DNA of 64,000 nucleotides, taken from IMG/VR virus record IMGVR_UViG_3300009545_000018, positions 62,001 to 126,000 of that record. One strand, given 5' to 3'. The notes beneath the pieces were generated by a model. The model searched no databases. It worked only from the letters and a program-made list of their open reading frames with translations, and had not been told where the DNA came from. Positions 41,781-50,230 of this stretch are shown here, piece after piece (position 1 is the stretch's first letter; each line of letters begins with the position of its first letter). A program made the translations under genes and the position numbers.

Positions 41781-42470
41781 ATGACAAAAGAAAATTATAC
41801 ATTAGTAGGCGTAGTAATAGATCGTAGCGGGTCTATGAGTTCATTAGTTTCTGATACAATTGGTGGATTTAATTCCCTTTTAAAAGAACAAAAAAACGAG
41901 CCTGGACAAGCTTCTGTTAGTTTATGTTTATTTAGTACAGATTATAAACTTACTCATTATGATGATATTAATCAGGTTGAAGAATTAAATGAAATTTCTT
42001 ATAGACCAGGTGGTGGTACTGCACTATTAGATGCTTTGGGTACTACAATTGATGAGATTGGAGTTAGATTAGCTGCTAAAAATGAAGAAGATAGACCATC
42101 TAAAGTAATTATTATAGTGATTACTGATGGTCAGGAAAATTCATCTAGAAAATATTCTAAAAATAAAATTAAAGAAATGATTTCTCACCAAGAAGAAAAA
42201 TATAATTGGTCATTTACTTTTATTGGCGCCAATATGGATGCAGTTAGTGCTGGCGACTCTATTGGGTTTTCTGCCAATAATTCTTATAATTATTCCGCTT
42301 CCGCTGGTGGGACTCAAAAAGTATATGCTACCATGAATAATTCTTTAAAAAGAGCTAGAGTTATGGGAAGTGGCATGAAATCTAATGAATCCTTATTTAC
42401 TCCAGAAGAGGCGCAAAGCTTATTAGATTCTGATAAAAAGGTGAAAGATAATGCAGAAAATAAGTCATAA
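41781..42470 (+). CDS. vWA-domain protein
   Basis: IDRSGSM MIDAS, GGTALLDA, ITDGQENSS. Confidence 0.88.
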   Translation: MTKENYTLVGVVIDRSGSMSSLVSDTIGGFNSLLKEQKNEPGQASVSLCLFSTDYKLTHYDDINQVEELNEISYRPGGGTALLDALGTTIDEIGVRLAAKNEEDRPSKVIIIVITDGQENSSRKYSKNKIKEMISHQEEKYNWSFTFIGANMDAVSAGDSIGFSANNSYNYSASAGGTQKVYATMNNSLKRARVMGSGMKSNESLFTPEEAQSLLDSDKKVKDNAENKS

Positions 42471-42942
42471 AATATTAGTGCTATTTCTGTTGTGCTTTGG
42501 ATGTTCTTCTGTAACTTCTACTATAAAAGATCCTGTAACTACCAAACATTCTTTACAAGTAGATCGAATATTAAATAATCCAGAAGCACCACACCTGGCA
42601 GACCCTTCTTCAGAAGCAGAAAGAATTTGTATAAAACAAGGTGGCAGAATTATAGGTCTAAATCATAGTTCTTTTAATTGTCAATTAGATAATGAAACTA
42701 TTTTTTCTTATTATATAATACCCATTTCTTCAGATGAAAGTAAGATTGTTGGAATGCGAGTTTTCTTTCATCATGATAATGGTTCTTTATTACAACTTGC
42801 CACCCAAAAATTTGGACAACCTACTTTATGGAAAGATAATGTTGCTTCTTGGTATAATGAAAATAATGGAGTAGTTATGTCTATAGAATCTCATGATAAA
42901 ATCACTATTATCAGTTTTTATATTGCAGCGGCATTTATGTAA
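42451..42942 (+). CDS. putative lipoprotein
   Basis: signal peptide with lipobox-like CFGC. Confidence 0.55.
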   Translation: MQKISHKILVLFLLCFGCSSVTSTIKDPVTTKHSLQVDRILNNPEAPHLADPSSEAERICIKQGGRIIGLNHSSFNCQLDNETIFSYYIIPISSDESKIVGMRVFFHHDNGSLLQLATQKFGQPTLWKDNVASWYNENNGVVMSIESHDKITIISFYIAAAFM

Positions 42943-43139
42943 TGACAAGTGAAAAATGGGTCGCCGGAGAAAATAGTATTTTTTGGTTTCTGCCAGGAAC
43001 CGATCTGTTACATCGTATAGATGGTCCAGCTATAGAATATTCTCATGGTGTTAATTATTGGTACTATAATGGCATTCAAATTGACTGTCAATCTCAAGAA
43101 GAGTTCAATCGTAAAATTAAACTCTTAGCATTTTTATAG
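42942..43139 (+). CDS. HRIDGPA-repeat protein with KAF-like tag
   Basis: LHRIDGPA; ends KLLAFL. Confidence 0.7.
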   Translation: MTSEKWVAGENSIFWFLPGTDLLHRIDGPAIEYSHGVNYWYYNGIQIDCQSQEEFNRKIKLLAFL

Positions 43140-43147
43140 GGGTTTAT

Positions 43148-43867
43148 ATGGATCCAAAATGGAAAAATCCTGATTTATCATTAGGTGAGCGATGTGTAGC
43201 TTTTGCAGAAAATGAAATGAATAATGGAGTAAAAGAAGATAAACCTAATTCTTTTACTTCGCCCCGATTAAGAGAATACTTTGCCATTTGCACTCGTTTA
43301 GTTAATGGTAAAGAAGTTTCTATGAAAAGCTTTACTGCTGGTAATTGGTGTGCCGCTGGCGTCTCTTTTTGTTTACATGAAAGTCTATTACTTAATGAAA
43401 TGGCGCCTCATGGTTATCGTTTAGGTGTAGTTGAATTAGTAGCAGATATGCAACACAATAAAACTTATTTTACTATTGATGAGGTTCGCAAAGGACTATA
43501 TACTCTTAAAGTTGGCGATATTATTATTTTTGATAGAAGCAATCCTAATAAACCAGAAACTCAATGGTTTCGTCATGTTGGAAGAATTTATAGTGTAGAT
43601 GGTTTGGATTCTTTTAAATGTATCTCTGGTAATTCTGGGGGACAATGGAGAATTAGTTCTCATAATTTATCTCAAACTAATTTGTTAGGGTTTGGTTATT
43701 ATCCAGAAAAAGCGGCTCCTACAACAGTAAATCCAGTTCAACCAAGACAACCATTATCATTTGATAATGTTGATATTTTATCTCTTGCCCCCTTAGAAGA
43801 TTCTGGTAAATTTATTTCTCAAGGGTTTTTTGATAAATTTTTTAATTTGTTTGGAAATAAATCATGA
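43148..43867 (+). CDS. CHAP-like cysteine amidase / cell-wall hydrolase
   Basis: NWCAAGVS, GDIIIF, HVG, ISGN. Confidence 0.6.
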   Translation: MDPKWKNPDLSLGERCVAFAENEMNNGVKEDKPNSFTSPRLREYFAICTRLVNGKEVSMKSFTAGNWCAAGVSFCLHESLLLNEMAPHGYRLGVVELVADMQHNKTYFTIDEVRKGLYTLKVGDIIIFDRSNPNKPETQWFRHVGRIYSVDGLDSFKCISGNSGGQWRISSHNLSQTNLLGFGYYPEKAAPTTVNPVQPRQPLSFDNVDILSLAPLEDSGKFISQGFFDKFFNLFGNKS

Positions 43868-44160
43868 TTGATATTGAAGATATGGTTGAGCAATTGTATC
43901 AAGCTTCTTTAGATCAAACAAATGTTTCTAAAGAAAAAATGCGTTTAATATTAAATTTAGCATTACAAAAGCAATGTAATAATAATTTAGATATTATTTA
44001 TAAATATCTAAATCAATGGAGCGCAACTAAAGTATTAGGCTCTGAAGATAATGATCCGACCTCAAGATTAATTAAATTATTGTTCAGTTTAATCACTGAT
44101 GATATTAATGATGAAGTTAAAGAATATGGAAAGCTATCTGTTAATTATAATATAAAATAA
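43864..44160 (+). CDS. hypothetical protein
   Basis: ORF track. Confidence 0.5.
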   Translation: MIDIEDMVEQLYQASLDQTNVSKEKMRLILNLALQKQCNNNLDIIYKYLNQWSATKVLGSEDNDPTSRLIKLLFSLITDDINDEVKEYGKLSVNYNIK

Positions 44161-44167
44161 TATTGCG

Positions 44168-45170
44168 ATGGATCAAAAAGATTTAATAATACAAGAATTA
44201 CATAATATCATTTATAAATATGGCGTCAAAGCTTTAATGGAATTTGAGTCTAGGTTTCCGTGTGATCAATTAAGTTGTGTTAAAGTTCCATATAATCATA
44301 TTCCTAACAATTCAAAATTCATAGAGAGAAATTTTGGATATGGAATTTTTGTTTGGCAAGGAATTTCTTATAATGATGCATATTTATTTAGAATTCAATC
44401 ATATGAGAAATTTTGGATCGATTGGAATCAATTTAAACGTTATCTAGAATTATTAGCATTTACATGAAGACTAAAAAAGATATTGCAGATTTACTTCGAC
44501 CTATGCTTGAAAAATATGGAAGAGAATATCTTGTTAATTTTAACTTATTGATTAATAACGTTACTTGGGACGGCACTCTTAGTGAGTATGTTTCTATTCC
44601 TTTTAATAACATAAGTGAACACAGAGTTAATTGTAGTTCTTTTTTAGAGCTTAAACAACATATTAATAATTTAGAGATGAAAAGAACTTGGGGAAATTCG
44701 TGGACATATATTGAAGTTCCATCTGATTGTAATGATTTTTTTCATCTTAGAATTGATGGTGTTGAAAATTTTTACATTAAGTGGGAAAAATATCAAAGAT
44801 ACTTAAATTTGAAAGCTTTTATATAATGACAACAGAAGAAGATTTTAGAAAAAGTTTATCTTGTATTATTGAAAAATTTGGTCCAGAACATTTTAGTGTT
44901 ATTTTAACAATTGCACAAAATTCAAGCTTTTATTTTAAAAGTAAAAATATGTTATTAATACCATTTAAATCTAATTCTTCGTTTAAAAGAGTAAATGTTA
45001 AATATGAGGAGTGTGCCGCTGTTGTATGGAAAAATTATGCTAATCATAAATATTTTCCATTTCCTCCAGATTGTGATGATTGGTATTGTATGCTTGGTGA
45101 TTCTTTTGAAAGTATACTAACTCTGTATAATGTTGGTAGCAAAATGATAAAAATGAAAGCTTTTATATAA
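44168..45170 (+). CDS. array of three KAF-tag proteins (44168-44467, 44464-44826, 44826-45170)
   Basis: ends ELLAFT, NLKAFI, KMKAFI; mutually similar N-termini. Confidence 0.7.
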
Positions 45171-45664
45171 TGACAATTGGAATATTTGCTGGCAGTTTTG
45201 ATCCTATTACTTTAGGGCATTTAGATATTATAAATCGTAGTTTAACTTTTTTAGATAAATTAATAGTGTTAATAGCAGTTAACCCAAATAAGAAAACCAC
45301 TTTCTCTTTAAATAAAAGAAAATCTTTAATTATAGAGAGTCTTTTCGAAACATCAACGAGATCTGCAGATGTTATAGTGGATTCATATGATGGATTGGTT
45401 GTTAATTATGCTAAGTTACATGGAGCTTCAGTTTTGATTAGAGGTGTTCGTACCTCAACAGATTTTGAATATGAAACTAATTTAGCTAATGGTAATAGAT
45501 TATTAGCACCAGAGATTGAAACTGTCTTTATACCAACTCGTCCAGAATTATCTGTAGTATCTTCTTCCATGGCTAAAGAAATTAATAAATGGAATGGTGA
45601 TGTATCTAAATTAGTTACAGTTAAAGTTAAAAATGCTCTGAATGAAATTGTGAGTTTAAAATGA
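45170..45664 (+). CDS. coaD: phosphopantetheine adenylyltransferase
   Basis: AGSFDPITLGHLDII, IRGVR..DFEYE, VSSSMAKE. Confidence 0.93.
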   Translation: MTIGIFAGSFDPITLGHLDIINRSLTFLDKLIVLIAVNPNKKTTFSLNKRKSLIIESLFETSTRSADVIVDSYDGLVVNYAKLHGASVLIRGVRTSTDFEYETNLANGNRLLAPEIETVFIPTRPELSVVSSSMAKEINKWNGDVSKLVTVKVKNALNEIVSLK

Positions 45665-45912
45665 AAGTTAAAGAATTTAATAAAAGAGATAAAGCTATAG
45701 GTACTTTAGTACATACCACAGAGTATATTTATAGTGTTATTTACCCTTTCTTCCAACCAGGTTTTTGTGAAGGCGTAATTGATCTTATTAAAGATACTAA
45801 GTATGTACATATAATTGTTGATAATAATTTATCTAAAAATAAAATCGAAGCTATTGTTGAATCTGATTTTCAAGAAGAAAAAGAATATATTGTAATTGAA
45901 ACCGCCGATTAA
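45661..45912 (+). CDS. hypothetical protein
   Basis: ORF track. Confidence 0.5.
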   Translation: MKVKEFNKRDKAIGTLVHTTEYIYSVIYPFFQPGFCEGVIDLIKDTKYVHIIVDNNLSKNKIEAIVESDFQEEKEYIVIETAD

Positions 45913-45935
45913 TTTATTTTTTAAAATAACGGGCG

Positions 45936-45963
45936 TTGACAACAAGTAAGTCGGAGTTATAAT
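45936..45963 (+). promoter_or_regulatory. sigma70-like promoter
   Basis: TTGACA-N16-TATAAT. Confidence 0.75.
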
Positions 45964-45970
45964 ATGCCTT

Positions 45971-46159
45971 GTGCTAAGCAATGATGATTTATTGGGATTA
46001 GAGGAATCAGTAGCTATTAAGTTATTAAAAGATTCTAATAGTTCTTTTAGAATTACTAAGAGAGATAATCAGCATTATATTGTAACTCGAGACTTTAAAC
46101 CAGAAAGATTTAATTTAGAAATTAAAGATGCTTTAATTGTTAAAGTAACAAAAGGATAA
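45971..46159 (+). CDS. I78 peptidase-inhibitor-like small protein
   Basis: VTRDFKPERFNLEI resembles TMDYRxDRLNV motif. Confidence 0.5.
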   Translation: MLSNDDLLGLEESVAIKLLKDSNSSFRITKRDNQHYIVTRDFKPERFNLEIKDALIVKVTKG

Positions 46160-46212
46160 AAATCTAGGAATAACATGATATAAATAATACGTATTTGTTA
46201 TTTTAAGTTTAT

Positions 46213-46302
46213 GGGGAAGTAGCTCAGCCGGCCAGAGCGCTTTACTGTTTTATAAAACGAATAGTGAAGAGGTCGATGGTTCAAATCCATCCTTCCCCAC
46301 CA
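46213..46302 (+). tRNA. tRNA with 20-nt anticodon loop, identity uncertain
   Basis: GGGGAAG/CTTCCCC+ACCA, canonical D and T arms; anticodon arm extended to about 11 bp. Confidence 0.75.
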
Positions 46303-46374
46303 TGAATCAAATGCAGATAAGATTACATTTAACAGTTAATTAAAAAAGCATCTTATCAATAATTTGTTGATTCA
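46303..46374 (+). ncRNA. scaffold-family ncRNA copy A
   Basis: TGAATCAA/TTGATTCA, GATAAGAT/ATCTTATC, ATGC and TACATT motifs. Confidence 0.7.
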
Positions 46375-46380
46375 TTTAAT

Positions 46381-46464
46381 GCCGTAGTTGGACAGTGTGG
46401 TGAGTCCAAGACGCTGTAAACGTCCCGGTAAACTTTGTAGGTTCGATTCCTACCTGCGGCACCA
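46381..46464 (+). tRNA. tRNA-Tyr(GTA)
   Basis: loop CT-GTA-AA, long variable arm, ACCA. Confidence 0.9.
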
Positions 46465-46518
46465 AAAGATAAAGCAAAGTAATTTGCCTTGTTATTTGAC
46501 AACTTAATAGTTATGTAT

Positions 46519-46593
46519 TGGGTAGTAATGTCAACCTGGTAGACGCCTCCGTTTGGATCGGAGAAGTTGCGAGTTCAAATCCCGCCTACCCAA
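46519..46593 (+). tRNA. tRNA-Pro(TGG)
   Basis: CTCCG/CGGAG stem, TT-TGG-AT; no encoded CCA. Confidence 0.85.
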
Positions 46594-46653
46594 CAAATAT
46601 AAATGATTTCATATAGTTAGCAAAGCCAAAGTATTTGGTCAACAAAGTATGGT

Positions 46654-47622
46654 TTGAACTGTTATATATTCTGTATGATTGTCATACAGAAACGATCTTT
46701 TTCTTTAGAAGAGTTAAGAGAAATATTCAAAAGTTCATTGTCAAAGCAAGATGTTGCCATAAAGTTAGGTTTTACTTATAGTAATGGGAAAGTTTATAAA
46801 AAAATTGAGAAACTTTCTATTGAATATAATTTATCGACGGATCATTTTGATCCATTTTTAAGTCAAAGATTAAATACAAAATTTCCTAAAATAGAAAAAG
46901 AATGTCCTATATGCGGTAATTTATTTGAAACTAAACATGGACATCGTGATGAAAAAATTACTTGCTCAATATCATGCTCTAATACTTATTTTGCTCCTAG
47001 TAAACACACTGAATTATCAAATTTAAAAAGATCGTTAAAGCTTTTAAAAAATTCAAAAAATGAAACTGTCAATATAATAAAAGTTCGTAAAAAACGTAAA
47101 AAGAATTTTAAATTAAAAGCTGTTGTTTTATATATTAAGTCTTGTGAATTTTGTGATTATGATTTTGAAACTTATAATAAAAATAAAAGATTTTGCAATA
47201 TATCATGTCAAATCAAACATAATTGGGAAGATCCCAATTATCGTATTAATATTATAAATAAAGCTAATGAAAGAGTTACAAATGGAACCCATAATGGGTG
47301 GTCATCAAGATCAAAACTAAAACCTTCTTATGCTGAACAATATGTTATCAATCTTTTAGATGAGTTAAAAATAACAAATATTACTCGAGAATACAAAATT
47401 AACAAATGGTTTATTGATTTTGCTGATATAGATAGAAAATTAGCTTTAGAAATAGATGGTAAACAACATGAATTACCAGAACGTAAGGCTTCGGATCAAG
47501 TTAAAGATCAATATTTAAAAGATAATGGTTGGACCATTTTAAGAATAAAATGGAAAAAGATAACAGCAGAATTTAGAGAAGAATTAATAAAAGTTTTGCA
47601 AAATTTCACAAGGATCATATAA
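46654..47622 (+). CDS. homing endonuclease, Vsr/DUF559-like
   Basis: CPIC and CxxC Zn motifs, IDFAD..LALEIDGKQH..D..L..GWTILRIKW. Confidence 0.82.
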   Translation: MNCYIFCMIVIQKRSFSLEELREIFKSSLSKQDVAIKLGFTYSNGKVYKKIEKLSIEYNLSTDHFDPFLSQRLNTKFPKIEKECPICGNLFETKHGHRDEKITCSISCSNTYFAPSKHTELSNLKRSLKLLKNSKNETVNIIKVRKKRKKNFKLKAVVLYIKSCEFCDYDFETYNKNKRFCNISCQIKHNWEDPNYRINIINKANERVTNGTHNGWSSRSKLKPSYAEQYVINLLDELKITNITREYKINKWFIDFADIDRKLALEIDGKQHELPERKASDQVKDQYLKDNGWTILRIKWKKITAEFREELIKVLQNFTRII

Positions 47623-48026
47623 TGAATTTTAAAGATGCTCAAGACAAGTTTGATAATGAAATTAAATCAAAATCAACTATTGTAACACATAATAAAAATG
47701 CTGTAAATCAATATAGATGTTTCGACGCTGGTCTTGTCTTAAGAACGTTAAGACAACTATCTATTTCGAATCATATAGTTGATTTATATAATTTTTTTAC
47801 ATCACATCCATTTAAAATTAATAATACTTCAGATTTAGATAATTTAAGAAATAAAATTAAACTTGCAAACCAAGATTTGAGTAAATTTAGGGAGGTGGAG
47901 TTTAATTCTTATAAAGTAATAAATGAATCTTTGATTTTATCAATTGAAAAAGATATAGAATTTATTATTTCTTCTTTTAAAGAATTAGAAAAAGCTCTAC
48001 GTGATATACAAGATTCAGAAATTTAA
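47622..48026 (+). CDS. hypothetical protein
   Basis: ORF track. Confidence 0.5.
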   Translation: MNFKDAQDKFDNEIKSKSTIVTHNKNAVNQYRCFDAGLVLRTLRQLSISNHIVDLYNFFTSHPFKINNTSDLDNLRNKIKLANQDLSKFREVEFNSYKVINESLILSIEKDIEFIISSFKELEKALRDIQDSEI

Positions 48027-48053
48027 TATTACAACATTAAAGGAAAACACAAC

Positions 48054-48215
48054 ATGAACGAAATAACTGATTTAAAACCGTATTTAAAATATAACAATGG
48101 CGTGGTTACCGTCTTGAAGGTATTAGCCTTCCCATTAAACTGGGTAGCTGATGTATTCGAAAATTGGAGTCGCAAGCGCACACAAAAGAAATGTGAAAAG
48201 TGGCTATCTGAATAA
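48054..48215 (+). CDS. small hypothetical protein (53 aa)
   Basis: AAGGA SD, MNEITDLKPYL...WLSE. Confidence 0.5.
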   Translation: MNEITDLKPYLKYNNGVVTVLKVLAFPLNWVADVFENWSRKRTQKKCEKWLSE

Positions 48216-48319
48216 TTTTATACTACTAGAGTAGTATTCTTTTATCTATACTGGTTGAGTTACCCAGCTAAAATATAAACTTCCAGGCACGGTAGCCTGG
48301 TTAATCAAAACCGATTTAT

Positions 48320-48397
48320 AGGCTTCTAGCTTAACTTTTAGAGCAAGGGACATAAAGAGTCCCGTGGATCTTGGTGTAAATCCAAGGGAGCCTGCCA
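48320..48397 (+). tRNA. atypical tRNA-like RNA (loop AT-AAA-GA)
   Basis: AGGCTTC/GGAGCCT+GCCA, GGGAC/GTCCC, T-loop TGTAAAT, D-loop lacks GG. Confidence 0.65.
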
Positions 48398-48402
48398 TTT
48401 AT

Positions 48403-48484
48403 TGCGGGGTAGAGGAGTATGGTTATCTCACCAGCCTCATAAGCTGTGGTATACGTGGGTTCAAATCCCACCCTTCCGCAACCA
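48403..48484 (+). tRNA. tRNA-Met(CAT)
   Basis: CT-CAT-AA loop, TTCAAAT T-loop, ACCA; slightly irregular acceptor junction. Confidence 0.8.
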
Positions 48485-48552
48485 CTGGATGGTGGTTACC
48501 AAATCCGCAAAGGGGTATAGAAATATACTCGGAGGATTGAATCCACTATTAT

Positions 48553-48687
48553 GCAATTCTGGTATAATGGCATTACTGACTCTAAAAAGAGTATCACTTA
48601 CAAAGAAACCTGTGAGGCTACCAGGAAATTATTGTAAGAATAACGCCTTGCCTGGCGTAGATGTTGGTTCGATTCCAACGGATTGCA
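48553..48687 (+). ncRNA. tRNA-like RNA with multi-hairpin central insertion
   Basis: GCAATTC/GGATTGC, D arm, GTTGG-TTCGATT-CCAAC; about 80 nt of hairpins replace anticodon/variable arm. Confidence 0.6.
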
Positions 48688-48691
48688 TTAA

Positions 48692-48782
48692 GTGATGTTT
48701 GATAAGTAATCACGCCAGAAACATGATTTATCATGTTTGCCCTGATCAGCCTGGTAGTTAGGTGCAAATCCTAAGCATCACA
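48692..48782 (+). ncRNA. tRNA-like RNA with branched anticodon arm
   Basis: GTGATGT/GCATCAC, TTAGG-TGCAAAT-CCTAA, AAACATGA/TCATGTTT hairpin inside CCAG/CTGG. Confidence 0.55.
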
Positions 48783-48798
48783 ACAACTGAGTTTATAT

Positions 48799-49079
48799 GC
48801 CCGAATCCCTATATTGGTTAAGACATATAGACAATAGTCCGGTCTTAGGCTACCATTAAGGAGTAATCCTTTTAGAGACCACTGCTTCGGTGTGGGCAAA
48901 CCCGGCATTTAGGTGGAAAGCCTAATAAATTTTGCTTGATTAAATAGTTTCTTGCTACAAGATCAACGGTGTACAACGAATCTTGCTATTTAATTGGGAA
49001 GTCTTATAATTGTGGACTTGGTGAAACAGGTATAAGGCGAATTACGCTCGATATTGGATAAAACTAACATTGGGCGCCA
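48799..49079 (+). ncRNA. 281-nt structured RNA ending in GCCA
   Basis: GCCCGA/TTGGGC terminal stem plus GCCA; GTAA, cTTCGg, GCAA tetraloops. Confidence 0.55.
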
Positions 49080-49143
49080 TGAATCAAATCCGTATAGGAA
49101 TACATTCGGAAAAAATAAATCTTATACACTACTTGTTGATTCA
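49080..49143 (+). ncRNA. scaffold-family ncRNA copy B
   Basis: TGAATCAA/TTGATTCA, GTATAGGA/TCTTATAC, TACATT. Confidence 0.7.
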
Positions 49144-49148
49144 ATTAT

Positions 49149-49225
49149 TGTCGATTAGCTCATCGTTAGAGCGCCCGGCCGTAAGAGTCTGGAGGTACTA
49201 GGTTCAATTCCTAGATCGACAACCA
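49149..49225 (+). tRNA. tRNA with irregular anticodon arm (Thr-CGT-like, uncertain)
   Basis: TGTCGAT/ATCGACA+ACCA, good D and T arms; loop region CCGTAAGAGT. Confidence 0.65.
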
Positions 49226-49337
49226 TGTAACAAATGCCAGGGCAGCATTACATTTATTGGAATTAAATCCGATGAGGCTCGACTCCTCTTAAGGTCCGGT
49301 GACAGGCAAAACATGTTGCTCATTATTTGTTGTTACA
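49226..49337 (+). ncRNA. scaffold-family ncRNA copy C
   Basis: TGTAACAA/TTGTTACA, GGCAGCAT/ATGTTGCT, TACATT; cargo includes GAGG-CTCGACT-CCTC. Confidence 0.7.
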
Positions 49338-49465
49338 AATTTTTGACAGTATATCTAAACTGTATAGTGTGAGTTATGCGCAAGGGATAATTACCTAAGT
49401 AGCAACTATAGGTTTGCTAGTTAATCCTACACATGAATCAGAGTTAACCTGAAAACTAGCACAAT

Positions 49466-49539
49466 GCGAGTATGGCATAATGGTTGTGTCCCATGTTTCC
49501 AACTTGGTTATCTCAGTTCGATTCTGAGTACTCGCTCCA
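49466..49539 (+). tRNA. tRNA-Gly(TCC)
   Basis: GCGAGTA/TACTCGC, T73, TT-TCC-AA, CCA. Confidence 0.9.
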
Positions 49540-49591
49540 TGCCCACTAACTTAATTACATAAAAGTAAGGTTGTCGGGGCGCCAAATTTAC

Positions 49592-49666
49592 GTTCTGGTC
49601 GTCTAAATAATTAGGACATCTCCGCGAAAGGGGAAGATATTGGAGAATTACCAATCTGGAGCGCCA
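49592..49666 (+). ncRNA. non-canonical tRNA-like RNA
   Basis: GTTCTGG/CTGGAGC+GCCA, T-loop AGAATTA, anticodon loop GCGAAA. Confidence 0.6.
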
Positions 49667-49753
49667 TAAGTTAGTGGCTGGAAATCATTTAAGCGAGTTC
49701 AAATGCAATAACAGTCCGCCTAATTGCTCGTATATTAGGTAACTTAATTTTAT

Positions 49754-49830
49754 GCCCCTGTCGTCGTAAAAAGTCAGGACATCTCCAGTAATAGGAGAAG
49801 ATGTTGGAGAATTGCCAACTGGGGGTGCCA
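49754..49830 (+). ncRNA. non-canonical tRNA-like RNA, paralog of 49592-49666
   Basis: GCCCCTG/TGGGGGT+GCCA, TCTCC/GGAGA, T-loop AGAATTG. Confidence 0.6.
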
Positions 49831-50132
49831 AAGGCAAGTAAGGACCAGGAAGCCTTATGAGCTGCTGGTTTTTCATATAGGGAACTAGCCTGGTTAGTCC
49901 TATATGAGAACCAACCAATGTCTTTAAATAAAGAAATTTATATAAGGACACCATGATTAATTTGTGCAGCTGACTTATATTGGATTTCGCGATCTGATAT
50001 ATGAGTGCTGGAAAATACGGAAAGTTGGAAAACTGATGCACACCGTATAAGTTAACTAAATCACTAACTGTTATTATCTACGCGAATAGATAAAAACAAA
50101 GTAATTAGTTAATTATAATTAATCAAAAACTT

Positions 50133-50226
50133 TAGCAAATGCAGTAAGGATTACATTGGTTATAGTCAATCGAAAGATTGATGGTGGGTATCGATTCCCA
50201 CAGTATCTTTACAAAACTTGTTGCTA
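50133..50226 (+). ncRNA. scaffold-family ncRNA copy D
   Basis: TAGCAA/TTGCTA, GTAAGGAT/ATCTTTAC, TACATT; cargo GNRA hairpin plus GTGGG-TATCGATT-CCCAC. Confidence 0.7.
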
Positions 50227-50230
50227 TTAT

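Noticed and set aside
46307-46330. Pseudoknot from AATG pairing with CATT in the scaffold RNAs
   Set aside because: Two copies read ATCC or ATTA without a compensating change in TACATT.
48799-49079. tmRNA or RNase P RNA
   Set aside because: No G3:U70 Ala identity, TTCRA arm or resume-tag ORF; no RNase P P4 (GAGGAAAGTCC) signature.
49255-49320. Hammerhead, HDV or theta ribozyme after the tRNA at 49225
   Set aside because: CCGATGAG has no GAAA partner and the HDV nested pseudoknot order is absent; the region is better explained as scaffold copy C.
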